From the NCBI GenBank assembly GCA_040954595.2, contig CM082588.2:12165398-12229397 (forward strand): a DNA stretch of 64,000 nt, in the 5' to 3' direction. A program made the position numbers and the translations under genes. This document shows positions 50,601 to 64,000 of the stretch, piece by piece. Under the pieces are notes generated by a model. It saw only the letters and a list, made by a program, of their open reading frames with translations, made no database searches and was not told where the DNA came from. The stretch is from Balanoglossus misakiensis (Eukaryota > Animalia > Hemichordata). Position 1 is the first letter of the stretch; every line of letters begins with the position of its first letter.

Positions 50601-53600
50601 AAAATGAATTCAAAGAATGGTCACATAACAGGACATGTTTTACTAAAAAGACTTATGTATAGTTACAAGGCTTTGTTTTGGAATAACGAATTCTCTACAA
50701 GATTTAAGTGGAACAGTCACAGAATGAAAACAAATATGGAAAGAGTTATGCTGGAATGTTGTAAGGAATAGATTAATATTGCAAATAATTTAATTTCTTA
50801 CATCATAAATGGAATTCAAAGAACCGTCACGTAACAGGATATGTATAGTTTCAAGGCTTTGTTTTGGAATAACGAATTCTCTACAAGATTTAAGTGGAAC
50901 AGTCACAGAATGAAAACAAATATGGAAAGAGTTATGTCGGAATGTTGTAAGGGATAGATTAATATTGCAAATAATTTAATTTCTTACATCAGAAATGGAA
51001 TTCAAAGAATGGTCACATAATGGGCCATGTTTTACTAAAAAGACTTATGTATAGTTTCAAGGCTTTGTTTTGGAATAACGAATTCTCTCCAAGATTTAAG
51101 TTGAACAGTTACAGAATGAAAACAAATATTCAAATAGTTATGTTGGAATGTTGTAAGGGATAGTTTAATATTGCAAATAATTTAATTTCTTACATCATAA
51201 ATGAAATTCAAAGAATGGTCAAATAACGGGCCATGTTTTACTAAAAAGACTTAATATGTATAGTTTGAAGGCTTTGTTTTGGAATAACGAATTCTCTACA
51301 AGATTTAAGTGGAACAGTCACAGAATGAAAACAAATATTCAAATAGTTATGTTGGAATGTTGTAAAGGGTAGTTTAATATTCCAAATAATTTAATTTCTT
51401 ACATCATAAATGGAATTCAAAGACAGGTCACGTAACAGGATATGTATAGTTTCAAGACTTTTTTTGGAGTAACGAATTCTCTACAAGATTTAAGTGGAAC
51501 AGTCACAGAATGAAAACAAATATGGAAAGAGTTATGCTGAAATGTTGTAACGGATAGATTAATATTGCAAATAATTTAATTTCTTATATCATAAATGGGA
51601 TTCAAAAAATGGTCACATAACGGGCCATGTTTTAGTAAAAAGACTTATGTATAGTTTCAAGGCTTTGTTTTGGAATAACGAATTCTCTCCAAGATTTAAG
51701 TTGAACAGTTACAGAATGAAAACAAATATTCAAATAGTTATGTTGGAATGTTGTAAGGGATAGTTTAATATTGCAAATAATTTAATTTCTTACATCATAA
51801 ATGGAATTCAAAGAATGGTCACATAACGAGCCATGTTTTACAAAAAGACTTAATATGTATAGTTTCAAGGCTTTGTTTTGGAATAACGAATTCTCTACAG
51901 GATTTAAGTGGAACAGTCACAGAATGAAAACAAATATGGAAAGAGTTATGCTGGAATGTTGTAAGGGATAGAATAATATTGCAAATAATTTAATTTCTTA
52001 CATCATAAAATGAATTCAAAGAATGGTCACATAACAGGATATGTTTTACTAAAAAGACTTATGTATAGTTACAAGGCTTTGTTTTGGAATAACGAATTCT
52101 CTACAAGATTTAAGTGGAACAGTCACAGAATGAAAACAAATATGGAAAGAGTTATGCTGGACTGTTATAAGGGATAGATTAATATTGCAAATAATTTAAT
52201 TTCTTACATCATAAAATGAATTCAAAGAATGGTCACATAACAGGATATGTTTTACTAAAAAGACTTATGTTATAGATTCAAGGCTTTGTTTTGGAATAAC
52301 GAATTCTCCACAAGATTTAAGTGGAACAGTCACAGAATGAAAACAAATATGGAAAGAGTTATGCCGGAATGTTGTAAGGGATAGATTAATATTGCAAAAA
52401 ATTTAATTTCTTACATCATAAATGGAATTCAAAGACAGGTCACGTAACAGGATATGTATAGTTTCAAGCGTTTGTTTTGGAGTAACGAATTCTCTACAAG
52501 ATTTAAGTGGAACAGTCACAGAATGAAAACAAATATGGAAAGAGTTATGCTGAAATGTTGTTAGGGATAGATTAATATTGCATACAATTTAATTTCTTAC
52601 ATCATAAATGGAATTCAAATAATGGTCACATAACAGGATATGTTTTACTAAAAAGACTTATGTATAGGTTCAAGAATTTGTGTTGAAATACCAAATTCTC
52701 TACAAGATTTAAGTGGAACAGTCACAGAATGAAAACAAATATAGAAAGAGTTATGCCTGAATGTTGTAAGGGATAGATTAATATTGCAAATAATTTAATT
52801 TCTTATATCATAAATGGAATTCAAAGAATGGTCACATAACGGGCCATGTTTTAGTAAAAAGACTTATGTATAGTTTCAAGGCTTTGTTTTGGAATAACGA
52901 ATTCTCTCCAAGATTTAAGTTGAACAGTTACAGAATGAAAACAAATATTCAAATAGTTATGTTGGAATGTTGTAAGGGATAGTTTAATATTGCAAATAAT
53001 TTAATTTCTTACATCATAAACGGAATTCAAAGAATGGTCACATAACGGGCCATGTTTTACAAAAAGACTTAATTTGTATAGTTTCAAGGCTTTGTTTTGG
53101 AATAACGAATTCTCTACAGGATTTAAGTGGAACAGTCACAGAATGAAAACAAATATGGAAAGAGTTATGCTGGAATGTTGTAAGGGATAGATTAATATTG
53201 CAAATAATTTAATTTCTTACATCATAAAATGAATTCAAAGAATGGTCACATAACAGGATATGTTTTACTAAAAAGACTTATGTATAGTTACAAGGCTTTG
53301 TTTTGGAATAACGAATTCTCTACAAGATTTAAGTGGAACAGTCACAGAATGAAAACAAATATGAAAAGAGTTATGCTGGAATGTTATAAGGGATAGATTA
53401 ATATTGCAAATAATTTAATTTCTTACATCATAAAATGAATTCAAAGAATGGTCACATAACAGGATATGTTTTACTAAAAAGACTTATGTTATAGATTCAA
53501 GGCTTTGTTTTGGAATAACGAATTCTCTACAAGATTTAAGTGGAACAGTCACAGAATGAAAACAAATATGGAAAGAGTTATGCCGGAATGTTGTAAGGAA

Positions 53601-56600
53601 TAGATTAATATTGCAAATAATTTAATTTCTTACATCATAAATGGAATTCAAAGAACCGTCACGTAACAGGATATGTATAGTTTCAAGGCTTTGTTTTGGA
53701 ATAACGAATTCTCTACAAGATTTAAGTGGAACAGTCACAGAATGAAAACAAATATGGAAAGAGTTATGCTGGAATGTTATAAGGGATAGATTAATATTGC
53801 ATACAATTTAATTTCTTACATCATAAATGGAATTCAAATAATGGTCACATAACAGGATATGTTTTACTAAAAAGACTTATGTATAGGTTCAAGAATTTGT
53901 GTTGAAATACCAAATTCTCTACAAGATTTAAGTGGAACAGTCACAGAATGAAAACAAATATAGAAAGAGTTATGCCTGAATGTTGTAAGGGATAGATTAA
54001 TATTGCAAATAATTTAATTTCTTATATCATAAATGGGATTCAAAAAATGGTCACATAACGGGCCATGTTTTAGTAAAAAGACTTATGTATAGTTTCAAGG
54101 CTTTGTTTTGGAATAACGAATTCTCTCCAAGATTTAAGTTGAACAGTTACAGAATGAAAACAAATATTCAAATAGTTATGTTGGAATGTTGTAAGGGATA
54201 GTTTAATATTGCAAATAATTTAATTTCTTACATCATAAATGGAATTCAAAGAATGGTCACATAACGAGCCATGTTTTACAAAAAGACTTAATATGTATAG
54301 TTTCAAGGCTTTGTTTTGGAATAACGAATTCTCTACAGGATTTAAGTGGAACAGTCACAGAATGAAAACAAATATGGAAAGAGTTATGCTGGAATGTTGT
54401 AAGGGATAGATTAATATTGCAAATAATTTAATTTCTTACATCATAAAATGAATTCAAAGAATGGTCACATAACAGGATATGTTTTACTAAAAAGACTTAT
54501 GTATAGTTACAAGGCTTTGTTTTGGAATAACGAATTCTCTACAAGATTTAAGTGGAACAGTCACAGAATGAAAACAAATATGGAAAGAGTTATGCTGGAC
54601 TGTTATAAGGGATAGATTAATATTGCAAATAATTTAATTTCTTACATCATAAAATGAATTCAAAGAATGGTCACATAACAGGATATGTTTTACTAAAAAG
54701 ACTTATGTTATAGATTCAAGGCTTTGTTTTGGAATAACGAATTCTCCACAAGATTTAAGTGGAACAGTCACAGAATGAAAACAAATATGGAAAGAGTTAT
54801 GCCGGAATGTTGTAAGGGATAGATTAATATTGCAAAAAATTTAATTTCTTACATCATAAATGGAATTCAAAGACAGGTCACGTAACAGGATATGTATAGT
54901 TTCAAGCGTTTGTTTTGGAGTAACGAATTCTCTACAAGATTTAAGTGGAACAGTCACAGAATGAAAACAAATATGGAAAGAGTTATGCTGAAATGTTGTT
55001 AGGGATAGATTAATATTGCATACAATTTAATTTCTTACATCATAAATGGAATTCAAATAATGGTCACATAACAGGATATGTTTTACTAAAAAGACTTATG
55101 TATAGGTTCAAGAATTTGTGTTGAAATACCAAATTCTCTACAAGATTTAAGTGGAACAGTCACAGAATGAAAACAAATATGGAAAGAGTTATGCTGGAAT
55201 GTTATAAGGGATAGATTAATATTGCAAATAATTTAATTTCTTACATCATAAAATGAATTCAAAGAATGGTCACATAACAGGATATGTTTTACTAAAAAGA
55301 CTTATGTTATAGATTCAAGGCTTTGTTTTGGAATAACGAATTCTCTACAAGATTTAAGTGGAACAGTCACAGAATGAAAACAAATATGGAAAGAGTTATG
55401 CCGGAATGTTGTAAGGAATAGATTAATATTGCAAATAATTTAATTTCTTACATCATAAATGGAATTCAAAGAACCGTCACGTAACAGGATATGTATAGTT
55501 TCAAGGCTTTGTTTTGGAATAACGAATTCTCTACAAGATTTAAGTGGAACAGTCACAGAATGAAAACAAATATGGAAAGAGTTATGTCGGAATGTTGTAA
55601 GGGATAGATTAATATTGCAAATAATTTAATTTCTTACATCATAAATGGAATTCAAAGAATGGTCACATAATGGGCCATGTTTTACTAAAAAGACTTATGT
55701 ATAGTTTCAAGGCTTTGTTTTGGAATAACGAATTCTCTCCAAGATTTAAGTTGAACAGTTACAGAATGAAAACAAATATTCAAATAGTTATGTTGGAATG
55801 TTGTAAGGGATAGTTTAATATTGCAAATAATTTAATTTCTTACATCATCAATGAAATTCAAAGAATGGTCAAATAACGGGCCATGTTTTACTAAAAAGAC
55901 TTAATATGTATAGTTTGAAGGCTTTGTTTTGGAATAACGAATTCTCTACAAGATTTAAGTGGAACAGTCACAGAATGAAAACAAATATTCAAATAGTTAT
56001 GTTGGAATGTTGTAAAGGGTAGTTTAATATTCCAAATAATTTAATTTCTTACATCATAAATGAAATTCAAAGAATGGTCAAATAACGGGCCATGTTTTAC
56101 TAAAAAGACTTAACATGTATAGTTTGAAGGCTTTGTTTTGGAATAACGAATTCTCTACAAGATTTAAGTGGAACAGTCACAGAATGAAAACAAATATGGA
56201 AAGCGTTATGCCGGAATGTTGTAAGGGATAGTTTAATATTGCAAATAATTTAATTTCATACATCATAAATGGAATTCAAAGAATGGTCACATAACAGGAT
56301 ATGTTTTACTAAAAAGACTTATGTTATAGTTTCAAGGCTTTGTTTTGGAATAACGAATTCTCTACAAGATTTAAGTGGAACAGTCACAGAATGAAAACAA
56401 ATATAGAAAGAGTTATGCCAGAATGTTGTAAGGAATAGATTAATATTGCAAATAATTTAATTTCTTACATCATAAATGAAATTCAAAGAATGGTCAAATA
56501 ACAGGCCATGTTTTACTAAAAAGACTTAATATGTATAGTGTGAAGGCTTTGTTTTGGAATAACGAATTCTCTACAAGATTTAAGTGGAACAGTCACAGAA

Positions 56601-59600
56601 TGAAAACAAATATGGAAAGCGTTATGCCGGAATGTTGTAAGGGATAGATTAATATTGCAAATAATTTAATTTCTTACATCATAAATGGAATTCACAGAAT
56701 GGTCACATAACGGGATATGTTTTACTAAAAAGACTTATGTTAAAGTTTCAAGGCTTTGTTTTGGAATAACGAATTCTCTACAAGATTTAAGTTAAACAGT
56801 TACAGAATGAAAACAAATATTCAAATAGTTATGTTGGAATGTTGTAATGGATAGTTTAATATTGCAAATAATTTAATTTCTTACATCATAAATGAAATTC
56901 AAAGAATGGTCAAATAACGGGCCATGTTTTACTAAAAAGACTTAATATGTATAGTTTGAAGGCTTTGTTTTGGAATAACGAATTCTCTACAAGATTTAAG
57001 TGGAACAGTCACAGAATGAAAACAAATATTCAAATAGTTATGTTGGAATGTTGTAAAGGATAGTTTAATATTCCAAATAATTTAATTTCTTACATCATAA
57101 GTGAAATTCAAAGAATGGTCAAATAACGGGCCATGTTTTACTAAAAAGACTTAATATGTATAGTTTGAAGGCTTTGTTTTGGAATAACGGATTCTCTACA
57201 AGATTTAAGTGGAACAGTCACAGAATGAAAACAAATATTCAAATAGTTATGCTGGAATGTTGTAAGGGATAGATTAATATTGCAAATAATTTAATTTCTT
57301 ACATCATAAAATGAATTCAAAGAATGGTCACATAACTGGATATGTTTTACTAAAAAGACTTATGTTATAGTTTCAAGGCTTTGTTATGGAATAACGAATT
57401 CTCTACAAGATTTAAGTGGAACAGTCACAGAATGAAAACAAATATGGAAAGAGATATGCTGGAATGTTGTAAGGGATAGATTAATATTGCAAATAATTTA
57501 ATTTCTTCCATCATAAATGGAATTCAAAGAATGGTCACATAACGGGCCATGTTTTACAAAAAGACTTATGTATAGTTTCAAGGCTTTGTTTTGGAATAAC
57601 GAATTCTCTTCAAGATTTAAGTGGAACAGTCACAGAATGAAAACAAATATTCAAATAGTTATGTTGGAATGTTGTAAGGGATAGTTTAATATTGCAAATA
57701 ATTTAATTTCTTACATCATAAATGGAATTCAAAGAATGGTCAAATAACGGGCCATGTTTTACTAAAAAGACTTAATATGTATAGTTTGAAGGCTTTGTTA
57801 TGGAATAACGAATTCTCTACAAGATTTAAGTGGAACAGTCACAGAATGAAAACAAATATGGAAAGAGATATGCTGGAATGTTGTAAGGGATAGATTAATA
57901 TTGCAAATAATTTAATTTCTTCCATCATAAATGGAATTCAAAGAATGGTCACATAACGGGCCATGTTTTACAAAAAGACTTATGTATAGTTTCAAGGCTT
58001 TGTTTTGGAATAACGAATTCTCTTCAAGATTTAAGTGGAACAGTCACAGAATGAAAACAAATATGGAAAGAGTTATGCTGGAATGTTGTAAGGGATAGAT
58101 TAATATTGCAAATAATTTAAATTCTTACGTCATAAAATGAATTCAAAGAATGGTCACATAACTGGATATGTTTTACTAAAAAGACTTATGTTATAGTTTC
58201 AAGGCTTTGTTTTGGAATAACGAATTCTCTACAAGATTTAAGTGGAACAGTTACAGAATGAAAACTAATATGGAAACAGTTATGTTGGAATGTTGTAAGG
58301 GATAGTTATATATTGCAAATAATTTAATTTCTTACATCATAAATGAAATTCAAAGAATGGTCATATAACGGGCCATGTTTTACTAAAAAGACTTAATATG
58401 TATAGTTTCAAGGCTTTGTTTTGGAATAACGAATTCTCTACAAGATTTAAGTGGAACAGTTACAGAGTGAAAACTAATATGGAAAGAGTTATGTTGGAAT
58501 GTTGTAAGGGATAGTTATATATTGCAAATAATTTAATTTCTTACATCATAAATGAAATTCAAAGAATGGTCAAATAACGGGCCATGTTTTACTAAAAAGA
58601 CTAAATATGTATTGTTTGAAGGCTTTGTTTTGGAATAACGAATTCTCTACAAGATTTAAGTTGAACAGTCACAGAATGAAAACAAATATGGAAAGCGTTA
58701 TGCTGGAATGTTGTAAGGGATAGATTAATATTGCAAATAATTTAATTTCTTACATCATAAATGGAATTCAAAGAATGGTCACATAACGGGCCATGTTTTA
58801 CAAAAAGACTTATGTATAGTTTCAAGGCTTTGTTTTGGAATAACGAATTCTCTACAAGATTTAAGTGGAACAGTCACAGAATGAAAACAAATATGGAAAG
58901 AGATATGCTGGAATGTTGTAAGGGATAGATTAATATTGCAAATAATTTAATTTCTTACATCATAAAATGAATTCAAAGAATGGTCACATAACAGGATATG
59001 TTTTACTAAAAAGACTTATGTTATAGTTTCAAGGCTTTCTTTTGGAATAACGAATTCTCTACAAGATTTAAGTGGAACAGTTACAGAATGAAAACAAATA
59101 TGGAAAGAGTTATGCCGGAATGTTGTAAGAAATAGATTAATATTGCAAATAATTTAATTTCTTACATCATAAATGAAATTCAAAGAATGGTCAAATAACG
59201 GGCCATGTTTTACTATAAAGACTTAATATGTATAGTTTGAAGGCTTTGTTTTGGAATAACGAATTCTCTACAAGATTTAAGTGTAACAGTTACAGAATGA
59301 AAACAAATATGGAAAGAGTTATGCCGGAATGTTGTAAGGAATAGATTAATATTGCAAATAATTTAATTTCTTACATCATAAATGGAATTCAAAGAAACGT
59401 CACGTAACAGGATATGTATAGTTTCAAGGCTTTGTTTTGGAATAACGAATTCTCTACAAGATTTAAGTTGAACAGTCACAAAATGAAAACAAATATGGAA
59501 AGCGTTATGCCGGAATGTTGTAAGGGATAGATTAATATTGCAAATAATTTAATTTCTTACGTCATAAATGGAATTCAAAGAATGGTCACATAACGGGCCA

Positions 59601-62600
59601 TGTTTTACAAAAAGACTTATGTATAGTTTCAAGGCTTTGTTTTGGAATAACGAATTCTCTACAAGATTTAAGTGGAACAGTCACAGAATGAAAACAAATA
59701 TGGAAAGAGATATGCTGGAATGTTGTAAGGGATAGATTAATATTGCAAATAATTTAATTTCTTACATCATAAAATGAATTCAAAGAATGGTCACATAACA
59801 GGATATGTTTTACTAAAAAGACTTATGTTATAGTTTCAAGGCTTTGTTTTGGAATAACGAATTCTCTACAAGATTTAAGTGGAACAGTTACAGAATGAAA
59901 ACAAATATGGAAAGAGTTATGCCGGAATGTTGTAAGGAATAGATTAATATTGCAAATAATTTAATTTCTTACATCATAAATGGAATTCAAAGAAACGTCA
60001 CGTAACAGGATATGTATAGTTTCAAGGCTTTGTTTTGGAATAACGAATTCTCTACAAGATTTAAGTGGAACAGTCACAGAATGAAAACAAATATGGAAAG
60101 AGTTATGCTGGAATGTTGTAAGGGATAGATTAATATTGCAAATAATTTAATTTCTTACATCATAAAATGAATTCAAAGAATGGTCACATAACTGGATATG
60201 TTTTACTAAAAAGACTTATGTTATAGTTTCAAGGCTTTGTTTTGGAATAACGAATTCTCTACAAGATTTAAGTGGAACAGTCACAGAATGAAAACAAATA
60301 TGGAAAGAGATATGCTGGAATGTTGTAAGGGATAGATTAATATTGCAAATAATTTAATTTCTTACATCATAAATGGAATTCAAAGAAACGTCACGTAACA
60401 GGATATGTATAGTTTCAAGGCTTTGTTTTGGAATAACGAATTCTCTAAAAGATTTAAGTGGAACAGTCACAGAATGAAAACAAATATGGAAAGAGATATG
60501 CTGGAATGTTGTAAGGGATAGATTAATATTGCAAATAATTTAATTTCATACATCATAAATGGAATTCAAAGAATGGTCACATAACAGGATATGTTTTACT
60601 AAAAAGACTTATGTTATAGTTTCAAGGCTTTGTTTTGGAATAACGAATTCTCTACAAGATTTAAGTGGAACAGTCACAGAATGAAAACAAATATAGAAAG
60701 AGTTATGCCGGAATGTTGTAAGAAATAGATTAATATTGCAAATAATTTAATTTCTTACATCATAAATGAAATTCAAAGAATGGTCAAATAACGGGCCATG
60801 TTTTACTATAAAGACTTAATATGTATAGTTTGAAGGCTTTGTTTTGGAATAACGAATTCTCTACAAGATTTAAGTGTAACAGTTACAGAATGAAAACAAA
60901 TATGGAAAGAGTTATGCCGGAATGTTGTAAGGAATAGATTAATATTGCAAATAATTTAATTTCTTACATCATAAATGGAATTCAAAGAAACGTCACGTAA
61001 CAGGATATGTATAGTTTCAAGGCTTTGTTTTGGAATAACGAATTCTCTACAAGATTTAAGTTGAACAGTCACAAAATGAAAACAAATATGGAAAGCGTTA
61101 TGCCGGAATGTTGTAAGGGATAGATTAATATTGCAAATAATTTAATTTCTTACATCATAAATGGAATTCAAAGAATGGTCACATAACGGGCCATGTTTTA
61201 CAAAAAGACTTATGTATAGTTTCAAGGCTTTGTTTTGGAATAACGAATTCTCTACAAGATTTAAGTGGAACAGTCACAGAATGAAAACAAATATGGAAAG
61301 AGATATGCTGGAATGTTGTAAGGGATAGATTAATATTGCAAATAATTTAATTTCTTACATCATAAAATGAATTCAAAGAATGGTCACATAACAGGATATG
61401 TTTTACTAAAAAGACTTATGTTATAGTTTCAAGGCTTTGTTTTGGAATAACGAATTCTCTACAAGATTTAAGTGGAACAGTTACAGAATGAAAACAAATA
61501 TGGAAAGAGTTATGCCGGAATGTTGTAAGGAATAGATTAATATTGCAAATAATTTAATTTCTTACATCATAAATGGAATTCAAAGAAACGTCACGTAACA
61601 GGATATGTATAGTTTCAAGGCTTTGTTTTGGAATAACGAATTCTCTACAAGATTTAAGTGGAACAGTCACAGAATGAAAACAAATATGGAAAGAGTTATG
61701 CTGGAATGTTGTAAGGGATAGATTAATATTGCAAATAATTTAATTTCTTACATCATAAAATGAATTCAAAGAATGGTCACATAACTGGATATGTTTTACT
61801 AAAAAGACTTATGTTATAGTTTCAAGGCTTTGTTTTGGAATAACGAATTCTCTACAAGATTTAAGTGGAACAGTCACAGAATGAAAACAAATATGGAAAG
61901 AGATATGCTGGAATGTTGTAAGGGATAGATTAATATTGCAAATAATTTAATTTCTTACATCATAAATGGAATTCAAAGAAACGTCACGTAACAGGATATG
62001 TATAGTTTCAAGGCTTTGTTTTGGAATAACGAATTCTCTACAAGATTTAAGTGGAACAGTCACAGAATGAAAACAAATATGGAAAGAGTTATGCTGGAAT
62101 GTTGTAAGGGATAGATTAATATTGCAAATAATTTAATTTCATACATCATAAATGGAATTCAAAGAATGGTCACATAACAGGATATGTTTTACTAAAAAGA
62201 CTTATGTTATAGTTTCAAGGCTTTGTTTTGGAATAACGAATTCTCTACAAGATTTAAGTGGAACAGTCACAGAATGAAAACAAATATAGAAAGATTAATA
62301 TTGCAAATAATTTAATTTCTTACATCATAAATGAAATTCAAAGAATGGTCAAATAACAGGCCATGTTTTACTAAAAAGACTTAATATGTATAGTTTGAAG
62401 GCTTTGTTTTGGAATAACGAATTCTCTACAAGATTTAAGTGGAACAGTCACAGAATGAAAACAAATATGGAAAGCGTTATGCCGGAATGTTGTAAGGGAT
62501 AGATTAATATTGCAAATAATTTAATTTCTTACATCATAAATGGAATTCACAGAATGGTCACATAACGGGATATGTTTTACTAAAAAGACTTATGTTAAAG

Positions 62601-64000
62601 TTTCAAGGCTTTGTTTTGGAATAACGAATTCTCTACAAGATTTAAGTTAAACAGTTACAGAATGAAAACAAATATTCAAATAGTTATGTTGGAATGTTGT
62701 AATGGATAGTTTAATATTGCAAATAATTTAATTTCTTACATCATAAATGAAATTCAAAGAATGGTCAAATAACGGGCCATGTTTTACTAAAAAGACTTAA
62801 TATGTATAGTTTGAAGGCTTTGTTTTGGAATAACGAATTCTCTACAAGATTTAAGTGTAACAGTTACAGAATGAAAACAAATATGGAAAGAGTTATGCCG
62901 GAATGTTGTAAGGAATAGATTAATATTGCAAATAATTTAATTTCTTACATCATAAATGGAATTCAAAGAAACGTCACGTAACAGGATATGTATAGTTTCA
63001 AGGCTTTGTTTTGGAATAACGAATTCTCTACAAGATTTAAGTTGAACAGTCACAAAATGAAAACAAATATGGAAAGCGTTATGCCGGAATGTTGTAAGGG
63101 ATAGATTAATATTGCAAATAATTTAATTTCTTACGTCATAAATGGAATTCAAAGAATGGTCACATAACGGGCCATGTTTTACAAAAAGACTTATGTATAG
63201 TTTCAAGGCTTTGTTTTGGAATAACGAATTCTCTACAAGATTTAAGTGGAACAGTCACAGAATGAAAACAAATATGGAAAGAGATATGCTGGAATGTTGT
63301 AAGGGATAGATTAATATTGCAAATAATTTAATTTCTTACATCATAAATGGAATTCAAAGAAACGTCACGTAACAGGATATGTATAGTTTCAAGGCTTTGT
63401 TTTGGAATAACGAATTCTCTACAAGATTTAAGTGGAACAGTCACAGAATGAAAACAAATATGGAAAGAGTTATGCTGGAATGTTGTAAGGGATAGATTAA
63501 TATTGCAAATAATTTAATTTCTTACATCATAAAATGAATTCAAAGAATGGTCACATAACTGGATATGTTTTACTAAAAAGACTTATGTTATAGTTTCAAG
63601 GCTTTGTTTTGGAATAACGAATTCTCTACAAGATTTAAGTGGAACAGTCACAGAATGAAAACAAATATGGAAAGAGATATGCTGGAATGTTGTAAGGGAT
63701 AGATTAATATTGCAAATAATTTAATTTCTTACATCATAAATGGAATTCAAAGAAACGTCACGTAACAGGATATGTATAGTTTCAAGGCTTTGTTTTGGAA
63801 TAACGAATTCTCTACAAGATTTAAGTGGAACAGTCACAGAATGAAAACAAATATGGAAAGAGTTATGCTGGAATGTTGTAAGGGATAGATTAATATTGCA
63901 AATAATTTAATTTCATACATCATAAATGGAATTCAAAGAATGGTCACATAACAGGATATGTTTTACTAAAAAGACTTATGTTATAGTTTCAAGGCTTTGT
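47660..64000. repeat. Satellite array, right block (runs off the window end)
   Basis: Same monomer family. After about 56 kb, variants such as GAGATATG, GGTCAAATAACG and AAAGCGTTATG become frequent. Confidence 0.99.

Noticed and set aside
1-64000. CRISPR-like array next to a reverse transcriptase
   Set aside because: The units repeat over their whole length with no unique spacers, there are no cas genes, and the RT belongs to an LTR retrotransposon.

Overview
Eukaryotic (animal-type) heterochromatin. About 88% of the window is one head-to-tail AT-rich satellite, with monomers of 205-208 bp and a recurrent 186-bp form. Two mobile elements interrupt it. (1) A complete, very young BEL/Pao LTR retrotransposon on the minus strand (8878-16287) has 547-bp LTRs differing at one position by eye, a CATCA target-site duplication and one intact Gag-PR-RT-RH-IN ORF. 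(2) A ~325-bp non-autonomous element (about 47335-47659) is dominated by a 143-nt hairpin and resembles Crypton-type elements. The most notable observation is that the retrotransposon has no TGG tRNA primer-binding site. The sequence at the PBS position is instead a perfect 13-nt complement of a segment of its own LTR, in the geometry expected for Tf1-like self-priming. The satellite also shows local higher-order repeats, recent multi-monomer duplications, microhomology-bounded indels and a probable ancient dimeric substructure. All comparisons were made by eye.
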